Part shown: positions 37,114 through 46,526 of the stretch, piece by piece
Numbering within the stretch: position 1 is the first letter of the stretch
How the letters are laid out: the number at the start of each line of letters is the position of its first letter
Source of the DNA: Muribaculum sp.
GTDB taxonomy: Bacteria > Bacteroidota > Bacteroidia > Bacteroidales > Muribaculaceae
Assembly (NCBI GenBank): GCA_023667055.1
Contig: JAMPAV010000004.1
Coordinates: 15,132-79,131, forward strand
Length of the DNA: 64,000 nucleotides
Direction: 5' to 3'
Notes under the pieces: generated by a model
The model's input: the letters and a program-made list of their open reading frames with translations, nothing else
Databases searched by the model: none
Told to the model about the DNA's origin: nothing
Made by a program: the position numbers and the translations under genes

Positions 37114-38142
37114 TTATTTCGAATTCTTTTTGTAGTATTTAATTAACTTGGGCACGACATCTTCCATCTTGCCTGTTATCACGATGTCGGCGATGCTATT
37201 GATCGGTGCGTCGGGATCGGAATTGATAGATATAATGAGGCTCGATTCCTGCATTCCGGCGATGTGCTGGATTTGTCCCGATATGCCACAAGCTATGTAG
37301 AGTTTCGGACGTACGGTGACTCCGGTTTGTCCAATCTGGCGGTCGTGTTCAACCCAACCGGCATCTACTGCTGCACGACTTGCACCCACTTCTGCACCAA
37401 GTACATCGGCGAGTTGCTGAAGCATGTCGAAGTTTTCCTTCGAACCAACTCCGTAGCCGCCGGCTACGATAATCGGGCTGCCTTTCAGATTGACCTTGGA
37501 TTTTTCGACATGGCGGTCTATGATCTCAACCACAAAGTCCGTGTTATTGGTGTATTTGTTTACATCAAGGTCCACAACGTCTCCTTTGTAGTTGGAGTCA
37601 CGCATTTCTTTCTTCATTACGCCCTCTCTCACGGTAGCCATTTGCGGACGGCACTCCGGGTTGACAATTGTAGCCACGATGTTGCCGCCAAAAGCCGGAC
37701 GTATCTGATATAGGAGATCTTTATATTCCTTACCACTCTTAGCATCTGTATAATCACCAATTTCAAGAGAAGTGCAGTCTGCGGTCAGTCCGCTATGGAG
37801 TGCACTTGACACTCTCGGACCGAGATCGCGACCTATTGATGTTGCCCCCATAAAAGCGATACGAGGTTCGATTTCCTTGAATAGATTGATGAGTATTGAG
37901 CTGTGGGGAAGTGAAGTGTAGGGATATAGTCGCTTGTCTTCGACTTTATAAAGTGTATCCACACCATAAGGCATCACTTGCTTCTCGATGTCCTTGAGAT
38001 TGTCGCCTGCCACAACTGCTTCAAGCTTAATACCGAGTTTGTCGGCCAACTGACGACCTTTTGTGAGCAATTCCAGGCTCACATCAGCGACTTTGCCGTC
38101 TTCGTATTCGAGATATACGATAAGATTGTTTTTGTCTGCCAT
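37114..38142 (-). CDS. etfA: Electron transfer flavoprotein alpha subunit
   Basis: 342 aa with the C-terminal FAD-binding signature region (YIACGISGQIQHIAGM). Confidence 0.92.
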   Translation of the reverse strand: MADKNNLIVYLEYEDGKVADVSLELLTKGRQLADKLGIKLEAVVAGDNLKDIEKQVMPYGVDTLYKVEDKRLYPYTSLPHSSILINLFKEIEPRIAFMGATSIGRDLGPRVSSALHSGLTADCTSLEIGDYTDAKSGKEYKDLLYQIRPAFGGNIVATIVNPECRPQMATVREGVMKKEMRDSNYKGDVVDLDVNKYTNNTDFVVEIIDRHVEKSKVNLKGSPIIVAGGYGVGSKENFDMLQQLADVLGAEVGASRAAVDAGWVEHDRQIGQTGVTVRPKLYIACGISGQIQHIAGMQESSLIISINSDPDAPINSIADIVITGKMEDVVPKLIKYYKKNSK

Positions 38143-38167
38143 AATTGTAATGTTTTATCAGCCCGGA

Positions 38168-39037
38168 TTAGCCGATTGTATGGTTAGCAAATAATTCTTT
38201 GATAAGACCCTCAATTGCATCGTCGGTGGCTTCAACCTTGCGTGCCTCCTTGGCTGTGAAGACTACGTTTTCGATGCTCTTCACCTTTGTAGGGCTGCCG
38301 GCAAGACCACACTGTGCAAGGTCGGCGTCAACAGCGGCTGCTGTCCACTCTCCGATACTCAGATAGGGACGCTTTTCGATGAGAGCTTTCTTCTTTTCAT
38401 CGTTGGCTGCTTCTGAAGGCACGGCGGCATATTTATATTTCTGAAGACATTTTGCATTGCGCGGACGGCAATTGGCTGCGCTACCGTTGACTGTGACAAC
38501 CAATGGCATTGGTGCTTTCACTGTCTCAACACCTGATTCGATGCGGCGTTTCACCACAACCTTGCCATCTTCGGCACTTACAATTTCTTCAGCGTATGTC
38601 ACTGTGGGAAGCCCAAGTTTCTCTGCAACCTGGGGGCCGACCTGGGCTGTATCGCCATCGATAGCCTGACGACCACCTATGATAAGATCATAATCTCCTA
38701 ATTTTCTTACTGCTGCGCTTAAAGCGTAAGAAGTGGCAAGGGTATCGCTGCCGGCAAATGCTCGGTCGGAAAGAACCACACCGTTGTCGGCGCCTCGGTA
38801 GAGACCTTCACGGATAATTTCGGCAGCGCGTGCCGGACCCATAGTGAGAAGAGTCACTTTTGTGCCGGGATACATGTCCTTAAGGCGTAGTGCCTGTTCA
38901 AGCGCGTTGAGGTCTTCGGGGTTGAAGATGGCTGGAAGAGCGGCGCGGTTGACTGTGCCGTCTTCTTTCATTGCATCCTTTCCGACGTTTCGCGTATCAG
39001 GCACTTGCTTTGCAAGCACAATGATATTTAAACTCAT
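38168..39037 (-). CDS. etfB: Electron transfer flavoprotein beta subunit
   Basis: 289 aa. N-terminus IIVLAKQVPDT and overall EtfB pattern. Lies directly upstream of etfA. Confidence 0.92.
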   Translation of the reverse strand: MSLNIIVLAKQVPDTRNVGKDAMKEDGTVNRAALPAIFNPEDLNALEQALRLKDMYPGTKVTLLTMGPARAAEIIREGLYRGADNGVVLSDRAFAGSDTLATSYALSAAVRKLGDYDLIIGGRQAIDGDTAQVGPQVAEKLGLPTVTYAEEIVSAEDGKVVVKRRIESGVETVKAPMPLVVTVNGSAANCRPRNAKCLQKYKYAAVPSEAANDEKKKALIEKRPYLSIGEWTAAAVDADLAQCGLAGSPTKVKSIENVVFTAKEARKVEATDDAIEGLIKELFANHTIG

Positions 39038-39156
39038 AATTATATATTTATTTGTAAATAATTTTCAGTTCAAAAGTATTCTTCGCCACCCTCCCCTTTT
39101 GTCACAACATTCAAAATGCACATATTTGCATTTTTCGTGCAAGGCAAAATCTTGTG

Positions 39157-39164
39157 CAAAATTA
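39157..39164 (-). promoter_or_regulatory. -7 promoter box TAATTTTG for the etfB operon
   Basis: The minus strand reads TAATTTTG ~120 nt upstream of the etfB ATG. The predicted leader carries the inverted repeat AAAATGCA-N6-TGCATTTT (39113-39134). Confidence 0.4.
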
Positions 39165-39328
39165 ATAAAAAATATTTAAATTATGCAATTTTTAACCGAC
39201 ATTTTCATTAATGTTTCATTAATAATGATCTACAAAGGCTTTCAAATCGGGAATTCACTCGAAGCATAATAGAACGCATGTCGCAGTCAAAAACTTGTTG
39301 AGATTTCCGGTACTCACAGCTACTTAAT

Positions 39329-39375
39329 AAAAAAAGCGTGCAGACACACTATTGGCAATAGTGAAATCTGCACGC
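39329..39375 (-). terminator. Strong intrinsic terminator for a minus-strand transcript
   Basis: GCGTGCAGA (39336-39344) pairs with TCTGCACGC (39367-39375). Inner palindrome CACTATTG / CAATAGTG extends the stem. On the minus strand it is followed by T7 (A7 at 39329-39335 on plus). Confidence 0.75.
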
Positions 39376-39599
39376 ATTACATTGATGAACAATATAATAA
39401 TCCAAGACCTTTCTTGAATAGAGTATAGGACGGCGGATACGTTCATGCCGCGGTCGTCAGGGTCGATACTCCGGACATCTATTTGATGGATAGATGGTTG
39501 TGACAGTATGTCATGGTTCTCTTTTCCGGCGCTCCCTATTGGCATCGGCAAGCAGCGGGCAACGTGTGGGCCTCATTTCTGCAAGAGGAAACTTGCTTC

Positions 39600-39630
39600 A
39601 ATTCACAATGCACAATTCACAATGCACAAT
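39600..39630. repeat. AATKCAC heptad repeat (AATTCACAATGCAC x2 plus AAT)
   Basis: The 31 nt string AATTCACAATGCACAATTCACAATGCACAAT is identical to 50196-50226. Confidence 0.9.
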
Positions 39631-39773
39631 TAGAACTGCCTTTTGCAATCTTAGACCCTTGATGCGGATGAACTGAGAATTGATTCTTGATTATCGTTTC
39701 CGGGTGCAAAGTTACAACACGAGAAAGTGGGCTGCCCCTTATCCATGTAAGTTAACTTAAGTTTCGGATTCAG

Positions 39774-39862
39774 GCATTTTGTTGATGCCAAACAAATTAT
39801 ATCAATCACAGAACAATCACGGAACTGATTTCACAGAATTTTCACAAAACTTTTTTCACAGA
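39774..39862. repeat. Left arm of the long inverted repeat flanking the surface-protein island
   Basis: Core 39804-39862 matches the reverse complement of 48431-48490 at 56 of 60 aligned positions. The outer 30 nt are ~70% similar. It contains five same-orientation CACAGAA-like heptamers starting at 39807, 39818, 39832, 39843 and 39857. Confidence 0.85.
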
Positions 39863-40021
39863 TCGCTGTTTCCTTACCACAAATCTTCTTTGATTCAACT
39901 ATAATTGCCGTAGTCATCGGTTTTCCTACTGTGTAGGAGGCCTCCGGCCCCTTTTGCCGACATCGCTCAATTTTTTTTGTTAAAAATGAGTGAGAAATTT
40001 TGTGGAGTGACGGAAAAGTAG

Positions 40022-40029
40022 TAACTTTG
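40022..40029 (+). promoter_or_regulatory. -7 promoter box TAACTTTG upstream of the LRR surface protein gene
   Basis: Matches TAnnTTTG, 97 nt upstream of the ATG at 40126. Confidence 0.4.
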
Positions 40030-40125
40030 CCGATGCCTACCGCTAAGCATACCCCACCGCATAGCGTGGCAAAAGAAGCATATTTCACTTCTTTCTCATT
40101 ATCAACCATAACAACTTACAACATT

Positions 40126-43100
40126 ATGAAATTGTCGCATCGCAGTTTTGGAGGAACTTTTCTTCACATAGCAATCTTATTAGTCCTGGCATTTTTCCCA
40201 TTCAAAACTGTTCATGCCTTAGAGTCTTACGAGATTAACTCAAAGATTCTTTCCAAAGACTCAAATATATTTCCCGAATGGATCAACGATGAGGAAAACC
40301 CCTGGATATTCAGCAATGACAGCACTTATATCTCTACACCTGCGCACACCGGCACAAATTTTATCACGACGATAAGCATTAAATTCTATTCCGAATATGA
40401 AGTTTATGTAAGCTACAATGAGAGCCATTGGAGTTACACTGGTTTTTCAGTGAGATTTGATGGAGAAGAAGATTATCCGGTTGTGTATAACGGTTATAAA
40501 CTACCCGCCGGTGAACATCAAATTGATTTTGAAGCCAATTTAGGTTATACGGATCACTGGGCTCGTATAAATAGTATCACCTTAAGGGAATTTAAACCAC
40601 TTGAAAGCACTTGTCTTGCAGAGGATTCAATGCCGTTGACATTTGAAAATGACCCTGATAATCCATGGATGGCATACGATGGATATATTCGTTCCATGTG
40701 TAATACTGCTGACCATAGATCTTTTATTTCCACTACATTTACAATTGATGAATTATCGATATTTTCGTGGGAATTCTTAAATAGATGGAGTGGCACATGG
40801 CCTTCAGCATTAGTTTATATAAACGATGAATTATACCAAGATGTACATGATAGGAATCAAAAAGATTGGTATAATAATTCAGTTGTTCTATATCCCGGAA
40901 CATATACCATAAAATTTGGAAACTGGCATCAATACAAGGAAGACTCTTACACTCAAATCCGCAATGTTCGCTTAAGCCAAAACTGGATTGAGGCAAACCT
41001 TTCGGCTCCCGGAGAACTTGGGGTCCGGTTACTTCATTCGCTTAACGGAAAGAATCTGCAGGATGCAGAGCTTGTAAAAATCAAAGGTTCTCTTAATGCG
41101 GATGACTGGAAAACGATAGGACAACTCACGAATATTAAAGCTGTTGACTTCACCGAAACCGATATAACCTCAATTCCCGCAAACGCATTCCAAAACACCA
41201 GTTTAAGTACTGTAATGATGCCGGAAACCGTCAGCGAAATTGGAGACGGCGCATTCATTGGAACAAAATGCTATGAAATAAACATACCCGCTTCGGTGGA
41301 AACAATTGGAAATCAAGCATGGGAAAGAACGCCTATTGCACATATTAATTTTGCCGAAAACTCAAAATTAAAAAAAATTGGAAAAAATGCTTTTTATCAG
41401 ACAAAATTAATTGAATTTATAATGCCCAACACAGTGAAAGACAGTTATAGTGTCACTGACGAGTGGCGTATATTATATGATTGCGATGAGCTTATAAAAG
41501 TTCATCTTTCAGATAGTCTCACAACAGTACCACGGGAAACTGTTTGGGGGTGTGATAAATTAGCTGAGGCCAACATCCCTGCATGTGCCACAAGTATAGG
41601 GTATGAAGCATATGCAGGAAATAACATGGAAACAATTATAATTCCAGAGTTGATTTCTTCCATTGGACAACAAGCTTTTTATAACAGTCACAGAGTAAAA
41701 AAGGTAGTACTAAATTCTAATGTCAATAATATAGATGGGACTTTTAATGGCTGTACTACTATTGACACTATAATTGTAGCATCACCTACACCTCCTACGA
41801 TAAAAAGCGATCCATTCAATAAAGCAGACAAAACCAATGTAACGCTGATTGTTCCGGACTTTGCCATCGACTCATACCGCACCGACAGCTATTGGTATAA
41901 TTTCACAAATACAGTGGCTGGCGACGAGGCTTCCTTGCGCGATTACTGGACTCTAAGAGGCAAACTCACACTCGACAACAACCATCTGATGCAGGGCTCC
42001 CCATCTGTAGAGATGATGACGGGATCAACATTGACCATACTTGACGATGCTGCTCAAAATTTCAATGAGTTTACCTATCAAACACAAGAATCCTCACCCG
42101 CCTCTTTCCTAAGCAGAAGCAACAATCTAAATGCCAATAGTCTGACAACAAAATTTTATGTAGCAGAAGCCAACAAATGGTTTTTCTTCTCGCCGGTTTG
42201 CGACATCAATATGGCCGACATAAGTTATCCATCATCCGATTCATGGGTGATCCGATATTACGACGGCGCTCGACGTGCATCTGAAGACACAAGTTCCGGC
42301 AACTGGATAAATGTGTCCGCTGACGGCAAACTGATGCGCGGACAGGGTTACATCATACAAGCCACCGCCGCCGGTTGGCTCAACATGCCCGTCACACCTG
42401 AAAATCATACAGATTTCTTCGGATCCAATGAGGCCACTCTGCCATTGGTCGACAACGTATGTGAAAATCAGGCAAACACCGGCTGGAATTTCGTGGCCAA
42501 TACATATCCATGCTATTATGACGCCTACTATATGGATGTCCAGTCTCCGCTGACCGTATGGACAGGCTCTACCTACCGTGCATACGTTCCAAATGATGGC
42601 GACAACCTCATGCTGCGTCCCATGCAGCCTTTCTTTGTGCAGAAAACGGCTGCTGACATGACCGCCACAATGCCTCTGGCCGGAAGATCCGTAAACTCCT
42701 CCACTTCACGCGCTCCTCGCGTGGAAAGATACGCAGCAAATCCAAACCGGAATATTCTCAATCTTGAACTCAAGAAGGTCGGTAAGGAAGAGGCTGACGA
42801 CTACACCCGAATCGTCATCAATGAAGATGCCTCTTTCGGTTATGAACTCAATTGCGATGCCTCAAAGTTCATGAGCATGGATGCAGAAATTGCACAGATG
42901 TTCTCATTTGGACTTGAAAACCAACCGATGGCAATCAACGAGCGACCATACGGCGACGGCAATGTGGCTCTTGGGTTCTATTTTCCAAAGAGCGGGGAGA
43001 CTTTCTCCATCACAGCCACCCGAAGCGACCGGCAGGCCTGGATATATGATGCCCATACAGGCCTTGAGCAGGACCTGACCGAAGGAGACTATGTCTTCAC

Positions 43101-43371
43101 TGCCGCAAAGACCGGATATGACTACAATCGCTTCTCAATCAGATTCTCTCCATCGGCAAGTGGTGTTGACTGCATCGACAATACTCCGACACAGGTCTCA
43201 TCCGGCAAGGGCTTCATATCCATAAAAGCTCCGGAATCTGCTTCGGTGGCAGTTTATGCTTCAGACGGCACCGTGGTTGCCAATATGGTGGGCGCATCGG
43301 TAATCAATGTGTCCGCCGGAGTATATGTGGTGAAGGTCAATGAGGAATCTTTCAAGACGATTGTAAAATAA
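40126..43371 (+). CDS. T9SS-sorted cell-surface protein with BspA-type leucine-rich repeats
   Basis: ATG at 40126 gives a signal peptide (MKLSHRSFGGTFLHIAILLVLAFFPFKTVHA). Two tandem ~150 aa N-terminal domains are followed by repeated IP.SV..IG..AF LRR units. The C-terminal ~70 aa (..VAVYASDGTVVANM..GVYVVKVNEESFKTIVK) match the T9SS C-terminal sorting domain pattern. Confidence 0.8.
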   Translation: MKLSHRSFGGTFLHIAILLVLAFFPFKTVHALESYEINSKILSKDSNIFPEWINDEENPWIFSNDSTYISTPAHTGTNFITTISIKFYSEYEVYVSYNESHWSYTGFSVRFDGEEDYPVVYNGYKLPAGEHQIDFEANLGYTDHWARINSITLREFKPLESTCLAEDSMPLTFENDPDNPWMAYDGYIRSMCNTADHRSFISTTFTIDELSIFSWEFLNRWSGTWPSALVYINDELYQDVHDRNQKDWYNNSVVLYPGTYTIKFGNWHQYKEDSYTQIRNVRLSQNWIEANLSAPGELGVRLLHSLNGKNLQDAELVKIKGSLNADDWKTIGQLTNIKAVDFTETDITSIPANAFQNTSLSTVMMPETVSEIGDGAFIGTKCYEINIPASVETIGNQAWERTPIAHINFAENSKLKKIGKNAFYQTKLIEFIMPNTVKDSYSVTDEWRILYDCDELIKVHLSDSLTTVPRETVWGCDKLAEANIPACATSIGYEAYAGNNMETIIIPELISSIGQQAFYNSHRVKKVVLNSNVNNIDGTFNGCTTIDTIIVASPTPPTIKSDPFNKADKTNVTLIVPDFAIDSYRTDSYWYNFTNTVAGDEASLRDYWTLRGKLTLDNNHLMQGSPSVEMMTGSTLTILDDAAQNFNEFTYQTQESSPASFLSRSNNLNANSLTTKFYVAEANKWFFFSPVCDINMADISYPSSDSWVIRYYDGARRASEDTSSGNWINVSADGKLMRGQGYIIQATAAGWLNMPVTPENHTDFFGSNEATLPLVDNVCENQANTGWNFVANTYPCYYDAYYMDVQSPLTVWTGSTYRAYVPNDGDNLMLRPMQPFFVQKTAADMTATMPLAGRSVNSSTSRAPRVERYAANPNRNILNLELKKVGKEEADDYTRIVINEDASFGYELNCDASKFMSMDAEIAQMFSFGLENQPMAINERPYGDGNVALGFYFPKSGETFSITATRSDRQAWIYDAHTGLEQDLTEGDYVFTAAKTGYDYNRFSIRFSPSASGVDCIDNTPTQVSSGKGFISIKAPESASVAVYASDGTVVANMVGASVINVSAGVYVVKVNEESFKTIVK

Positions 43372-43379
43372 AAGTTGCA

Positions 43380-46300
43380 ATGCGTCGGTTTTTCCAAATA
43401 CTGCTGCCTCTGATGGCACTCCTTTCCTGGGGTGTCACAGCCGTTGCCGACTATGACCCTGCAAATCCGCCTGAACCACAGGTGACATACAGCCTGACTG
43501 CAGGCTGTATCCCCGCCGGTGGTGGCCGCGACATTTCAGGTGCGGGTAAATATGCGGCGGGCACATCTGTCCAGATGAACGTCGGGGTCAACACCGGCTT
43601 CCGTTTTTTGCATTGGGAGGATGAGGAAGGCAACATAGTATCCACGGCCACACGTTTCAATTTCGTCATTCCGCAGCGAGACGTAAATCTCACCGCTCGT
43701 TTTGAATATGTCCCTTCCAATCCGTCAGAACCGGAAACGCCGGTTATAAAACAGTACTCCGCGATACATCTTAAGTCGGTGCCGTCGGAGGGGGGAACTT
43801 TCAATAAAACGTCCGGACAAACATACGAGGTAGGGACCTCTCAGGAATTCCGCGCCACGGCCAGGACAAACTATCGGTTTGTCAACTGGACCTTGGACGA
43901 TGATGTCGTATCGGAGTCAAGCACGTTGCAGTTTACTATTCCTTCTGAGGACAAGACTTTGGTGGCAAATTTCGATTATAATCCCGGCAGTCCCGCAGAA
44001 CCGGAAATGACCAAATTCTCAAGAACCCTGACACTCGTCTCAAACCCGCCCGAAGCCGCAACTCTTTCCGGAGGTGGAAGCTATGTGGAAGGCACTGTCA
44101 AAAAAGTATCTGCATCTGTAAACAGATATTATACATTCATCAACTGGACTGCGGAAAACGGGGATACGGTTTCTACGGTGAAAGATTTCGAATTTACCAT
44201 GCCCGACCACGATGTTACCCTTACAGCCAATTTCTCCAGATACTACAATCCCTTGAATCCGGAGGAGCCCGGAAGTGAGGATTCTTCATCGGCAACTATT
44301 GTGCAAAATCCACGTTTTGCCATGTATGACGATTTCCATGTAATGATTCTGTGCGCCACACAAGGTTCTTCAATCCACTACACCATCGATGGCAGCGAAC
44401 CCTCCCGGGTCTTGACCGATGAATGCATGCTATATACCGAGCCATTCTTCGTGCCATCCAACCTGCTTGTAAAGGCCATTGCTTTCAAGGACGGTATGGA
44501 AGATTCGCCGGTGATAAGTTATCAGGTGATGACATATAAGGCAGCGCAACCCTCTTTTTCTTTTTCCGGAAGAAAACTGCATATTACGAGCGATACGGAG
44601 GACACCACTGTCAGATATACCTTAAACGAGTATGATCCAAACGAATCAAGCTCCATATACACAGAGCCGTTTCTGCCCGAGACAAATTGTCTTGTCAAGG
44701 CATACGCTTCCAAAGAGGGTCTCGTGGATTCTCCGATAACGGAATTTCTTTATAAAAAAGAAAACTATACGCTGCCCGCTCCTGCCATGACAAACGACTA
44801 TCGCAATAGCCGGATTGCCATTGAGTCGGAAGACTGCGATTTGGCGGTCACTATCGACGGCGACTACAAGGAATATCATTCGCCGGTCGTCCTTGAAGTG
44901 GATTCGTCCATGCACTCAGTCAGTGCTGTTGCAATCGACAAGACTGAAAATTTCTTTGATTCCCCGCAAATGGATGAGACTTTGGTGTTTCATCTCCCTC
45001 CTGTGGTGACGTATGATGGTCATCAAATTGTGTCGGTGGTGGCTGATGAGGACCCTGATGTGGATTCTGCTGAAATAAACGTACACTTCAATGGTGATGA
45101 AATAGAGGCATCGCATATTTTTGACGATTTTGGCAACTATGAGGCATACGTGGCCTCTGACAACATCTTCCGCTCGGCTTCATATACTTGCCCGATAGAC
45201 TACTTCAACAACGGAAGCAAAGCAGGAGTCAGGAACGGACATAAACTGGCTGAGGCGTTTGAGGACTGGAAAAATGATGAGGGCTATCCTGAATTGACCA
45301 TCACGGGCGACATTGCAAAAGAGGATCTTGAGTTTCTGGTAAATCTTGATGAATTGTCAACCCTTCAGCTTGAGTCTGTAAGGATGGGGGATTCGTCATA
45401 TATTGGGGCAATGAAGGAAAGTAAAATCAAGACAGTGTTGCTCTCGCAAACTGCTGATGGATTGTTGGATGAAATGTCAAGACTCACCTCGGTGGTGTGG
45501 CTAAACCGAAAAGAAAAAATGCCGAAGGAAATATTCGGGGAGAAGGTCAATCCCAATCTTCTTGTATGGGTCTCAGACAAGATTCTTGCTCCTGACAGTG
45601 TCGGAAACATCATAATATATGGATTGAATGAAGATGGCACTCCCAAATATGCCGAAGGCCGGGCCGACAGTATTTCGCTTGTCGCCGGATTCCCTTATAA
45701 TGCGTATGCTCCTTTAGATGTGGATTACATACAGTTTTGCAAAAACTTCACGCAACCGACCGAAATAGATGTATGCCGGGGGTGGGAAACCATCGCACTG
45801 CCGTTTGCTCCTGACACCATCTTTCATAAGATGCAAGGGGAGATATGGCCATATTCCAGATGGAAGGATGCTTACACGAAAGGAGAATTCGGTGAAGAAG
45901 GTCCCAAGCCATTCTGGATTTATAAGGCCACTCCGGAAGGTTGGTCGCTTGCTGACACTATAGAATCCGGTGTGCCATACATTATCTCAATGCCCAACAG
46001 CAAAGACTATAAAAAGGCGTTCAATCTGAAGGGTGAATCGGTTTTCGCTGCCCATAATGTGAGAATCGGGGAGTCTGAGGATGATGGTTTCCCTTATGAG
46101 TGTGATTGGATCAACGGGACCAAACTCCATGCCACATTCATGCCGGTCGATACGGATCATCTTTCGCTCAACAATGAATGGACTGATGCTGTTGGTGACG
46201 TATTGCCCGGATCGGTATTCATCGATGATGCCGAGACATTGCCGTTTGAGGCTTATGTCACCGGAAACGGCAAGCTGCAGAGAATTCCATTGTTTGGAAC

Positions 46301-46526
46301 GAGCAAGGTTCATTCGCAGTTTGATGACAATTGCCCTGACATCTCAATTTCAGTGTTGGGGAATGGCTCGATCCGGATTTCATCCTCCACGACGTGTTCA
46401 ATAGACATTTACACACCAACCGGCTTGAAAATACAATCTGTCCTTATCGGCAATGGCGAGGAATTGGTGGATAATCTTTGTCCCGGCATATATATAATTG
46501 CAGGACAAAAAATCATAATAAAGTAA
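43380..46526 (+). CDS. T9SS-sorted surface protein with three divergent InlB B-repeat domains and two chitobiase/hexosaminidase C-terminal-like domains
   Basis: 1048 aa with a signal peptide. Three ~70 aa units (GGG..SG.G.Y..GT.V...A....Y.F..W...) are separated by NPxxPxEPE linkers. Two units have the form IHYTIDGSEPS...YTEPF. The C-terminus ..IDIYTPTGLKIQSV...GIYIIAGQKIIIK is T9SS CTD-like. Confidence 0.8.
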   Translation: MRRFFQILLPLMALLSWGVTAVADYDPANPPEPQVTYSLTAGCIPAGGGRDISGAGKYAAGTSVQMNVGVNTGFRFLHWEDEEGNIVSTATRFNFVIPQRDVNLTARFEYVPSNPSEPETPVIKQYSAIHLKSVPSEGGTFNKTSGQTYEVGTSQEFRATARTNYRFVNWTLDDDVVSESSTLQFTIPSEDKTLVANFDYNPGSPAEPEMTKFSRTLTLVSNPPEAATLSGGGSYVEGTVKKVSASVNRYYTFINWTAENGDTVSTVKDFEFTMPDHDVTLTANFSRYYNPLNPEEPGSEDSSSATIVQNPRFAMYDDFHVMILCATQGSSIHYTIDGSEPSRVLTDECMLYTEPFFVPSNLLVKAIAFKDGMEDSPVISYQVMTYKAAQPSFSFSGRKLHITSDTEDTTVRYTLNEYDPNESSSIYTEPFLPETNCLVKAYASKEGLVDSPITEFLYKKENYTLPAPAMTNDYRNSRIAIESEDCDLAVTIDGDYKEYHSPVVLEVDSSMHSVSAVAIDKTENFFDSPQMDETLVFHLPPVVTYDGHQIVSVVADEDPDVDSAEINVHFNGDEIEASHIFDDFGNYEAYVASDNIFRSASYTCPIDYFNNGSKAGVRNGHKLAEAFEDWKNDEGYPELTITGDIAKEDLEFLVNLDELSTLQLESVRMGDSSYIGAMKESKIKTVLLSQTADGLLDEMSRLTSVVWLNRKEKMPKEIFGEKVNPNLLVWVSDKILAPDSVGNIIIYGLNEDGTPKYAEGRADSISLVAGFPYNAYAPLDVDYIQFCKNFTQPTEIDVCRGWETIALPFAPDTIFHKMQGEIWPYSRWKDAYTKGEFGEEGPKPFWIYKATPEGWSLADTIESGVPYIISMPNSKDYKKAFNLKGESVFAAHNVRIGESEDDGFPYECDWINGTKLHATFMPVDTDHLSLNNEWTDAVGDVLPGSVFIDDAETLPFEAYVTGNGKLQRIPLFGTSKVHSQFDDNCPDISISVLGNGSIRISSSTTCSIDIYTPTGLKIQSVLIGNGEELVDNLCPGIYIIAGQKIIIK

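Larger units (their letters stand above)
39326..39700 (-). ncRNA. Candidate ~375 nt non-coding RNA of unknown class
   Basis: A minus-strand TAACTTTG -7 box lies at 39714-39707 and the strong terminator at 39329-39375. There is no credible ORF. The core is GC-richer than the flanks and has several nested hairpins, for example GAGUAU..GACG..GCGG-loop-CCGC..CGUC..AUACUC. The 5' end is uncertain. Confidence 0.3.

Noticed and set aside
39324-39551. 75 aa minus-strand ORF in the large non-coding gap.
   Set aside because: Its 3' part reads straight through the terminator hairpin and T-run. The sequence has no signal, motif or plausible start context. I treat the region as non-coding.
39326-39790. 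Possibility that the orphan transcript is tmRNA, RNase P RNA, SRP RNA, or a cobalamin or TPP riboswitch.
   Set aside because: I could not find the tmRNA acceptor/T-arm (GGTTCGA.TCC...CCA) or a tag ORF. I could not find the RNase P P4 strands (GGAAAGTCCGG and ACAGAACCCGGCTTA) or the SRP GGAA/AGCA domain IV motif. AAUAGGGAGCGCCGGAAAAG only loosely resembles the cobalamin core and there is no B12 box. No B12- or thiamine-related gene follows.
39804-39862. CACAGAA / TTCACAA-containing arms considered as Rex (TTGTGAA-N6-TTCACAA) or CRP/FNR (TGTGA-N6-TCACA) operators.
   Set aside because: All five heptamers in an arm point the same way. No inverted half-site pair with the required spacing exists within an arm.
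40000-40125. Upstream extension of the LRR protein ORF (TTG at 40000).
   Set aside because: The extension lacks a signal peptide and would begin upstream of, and contain, the predicted -7 promoter box (40022-40029). ATG at 40126 gives a canonical signal peptide.
46478-46525. Longer 101 aa version of the small ORF starting at 46478.
   Set aside because: The extra 16 residues lie inside the upstream gene and precede the hydrophobic signal segment. The ATG at 46526 overlapping the stop is the more economical start.
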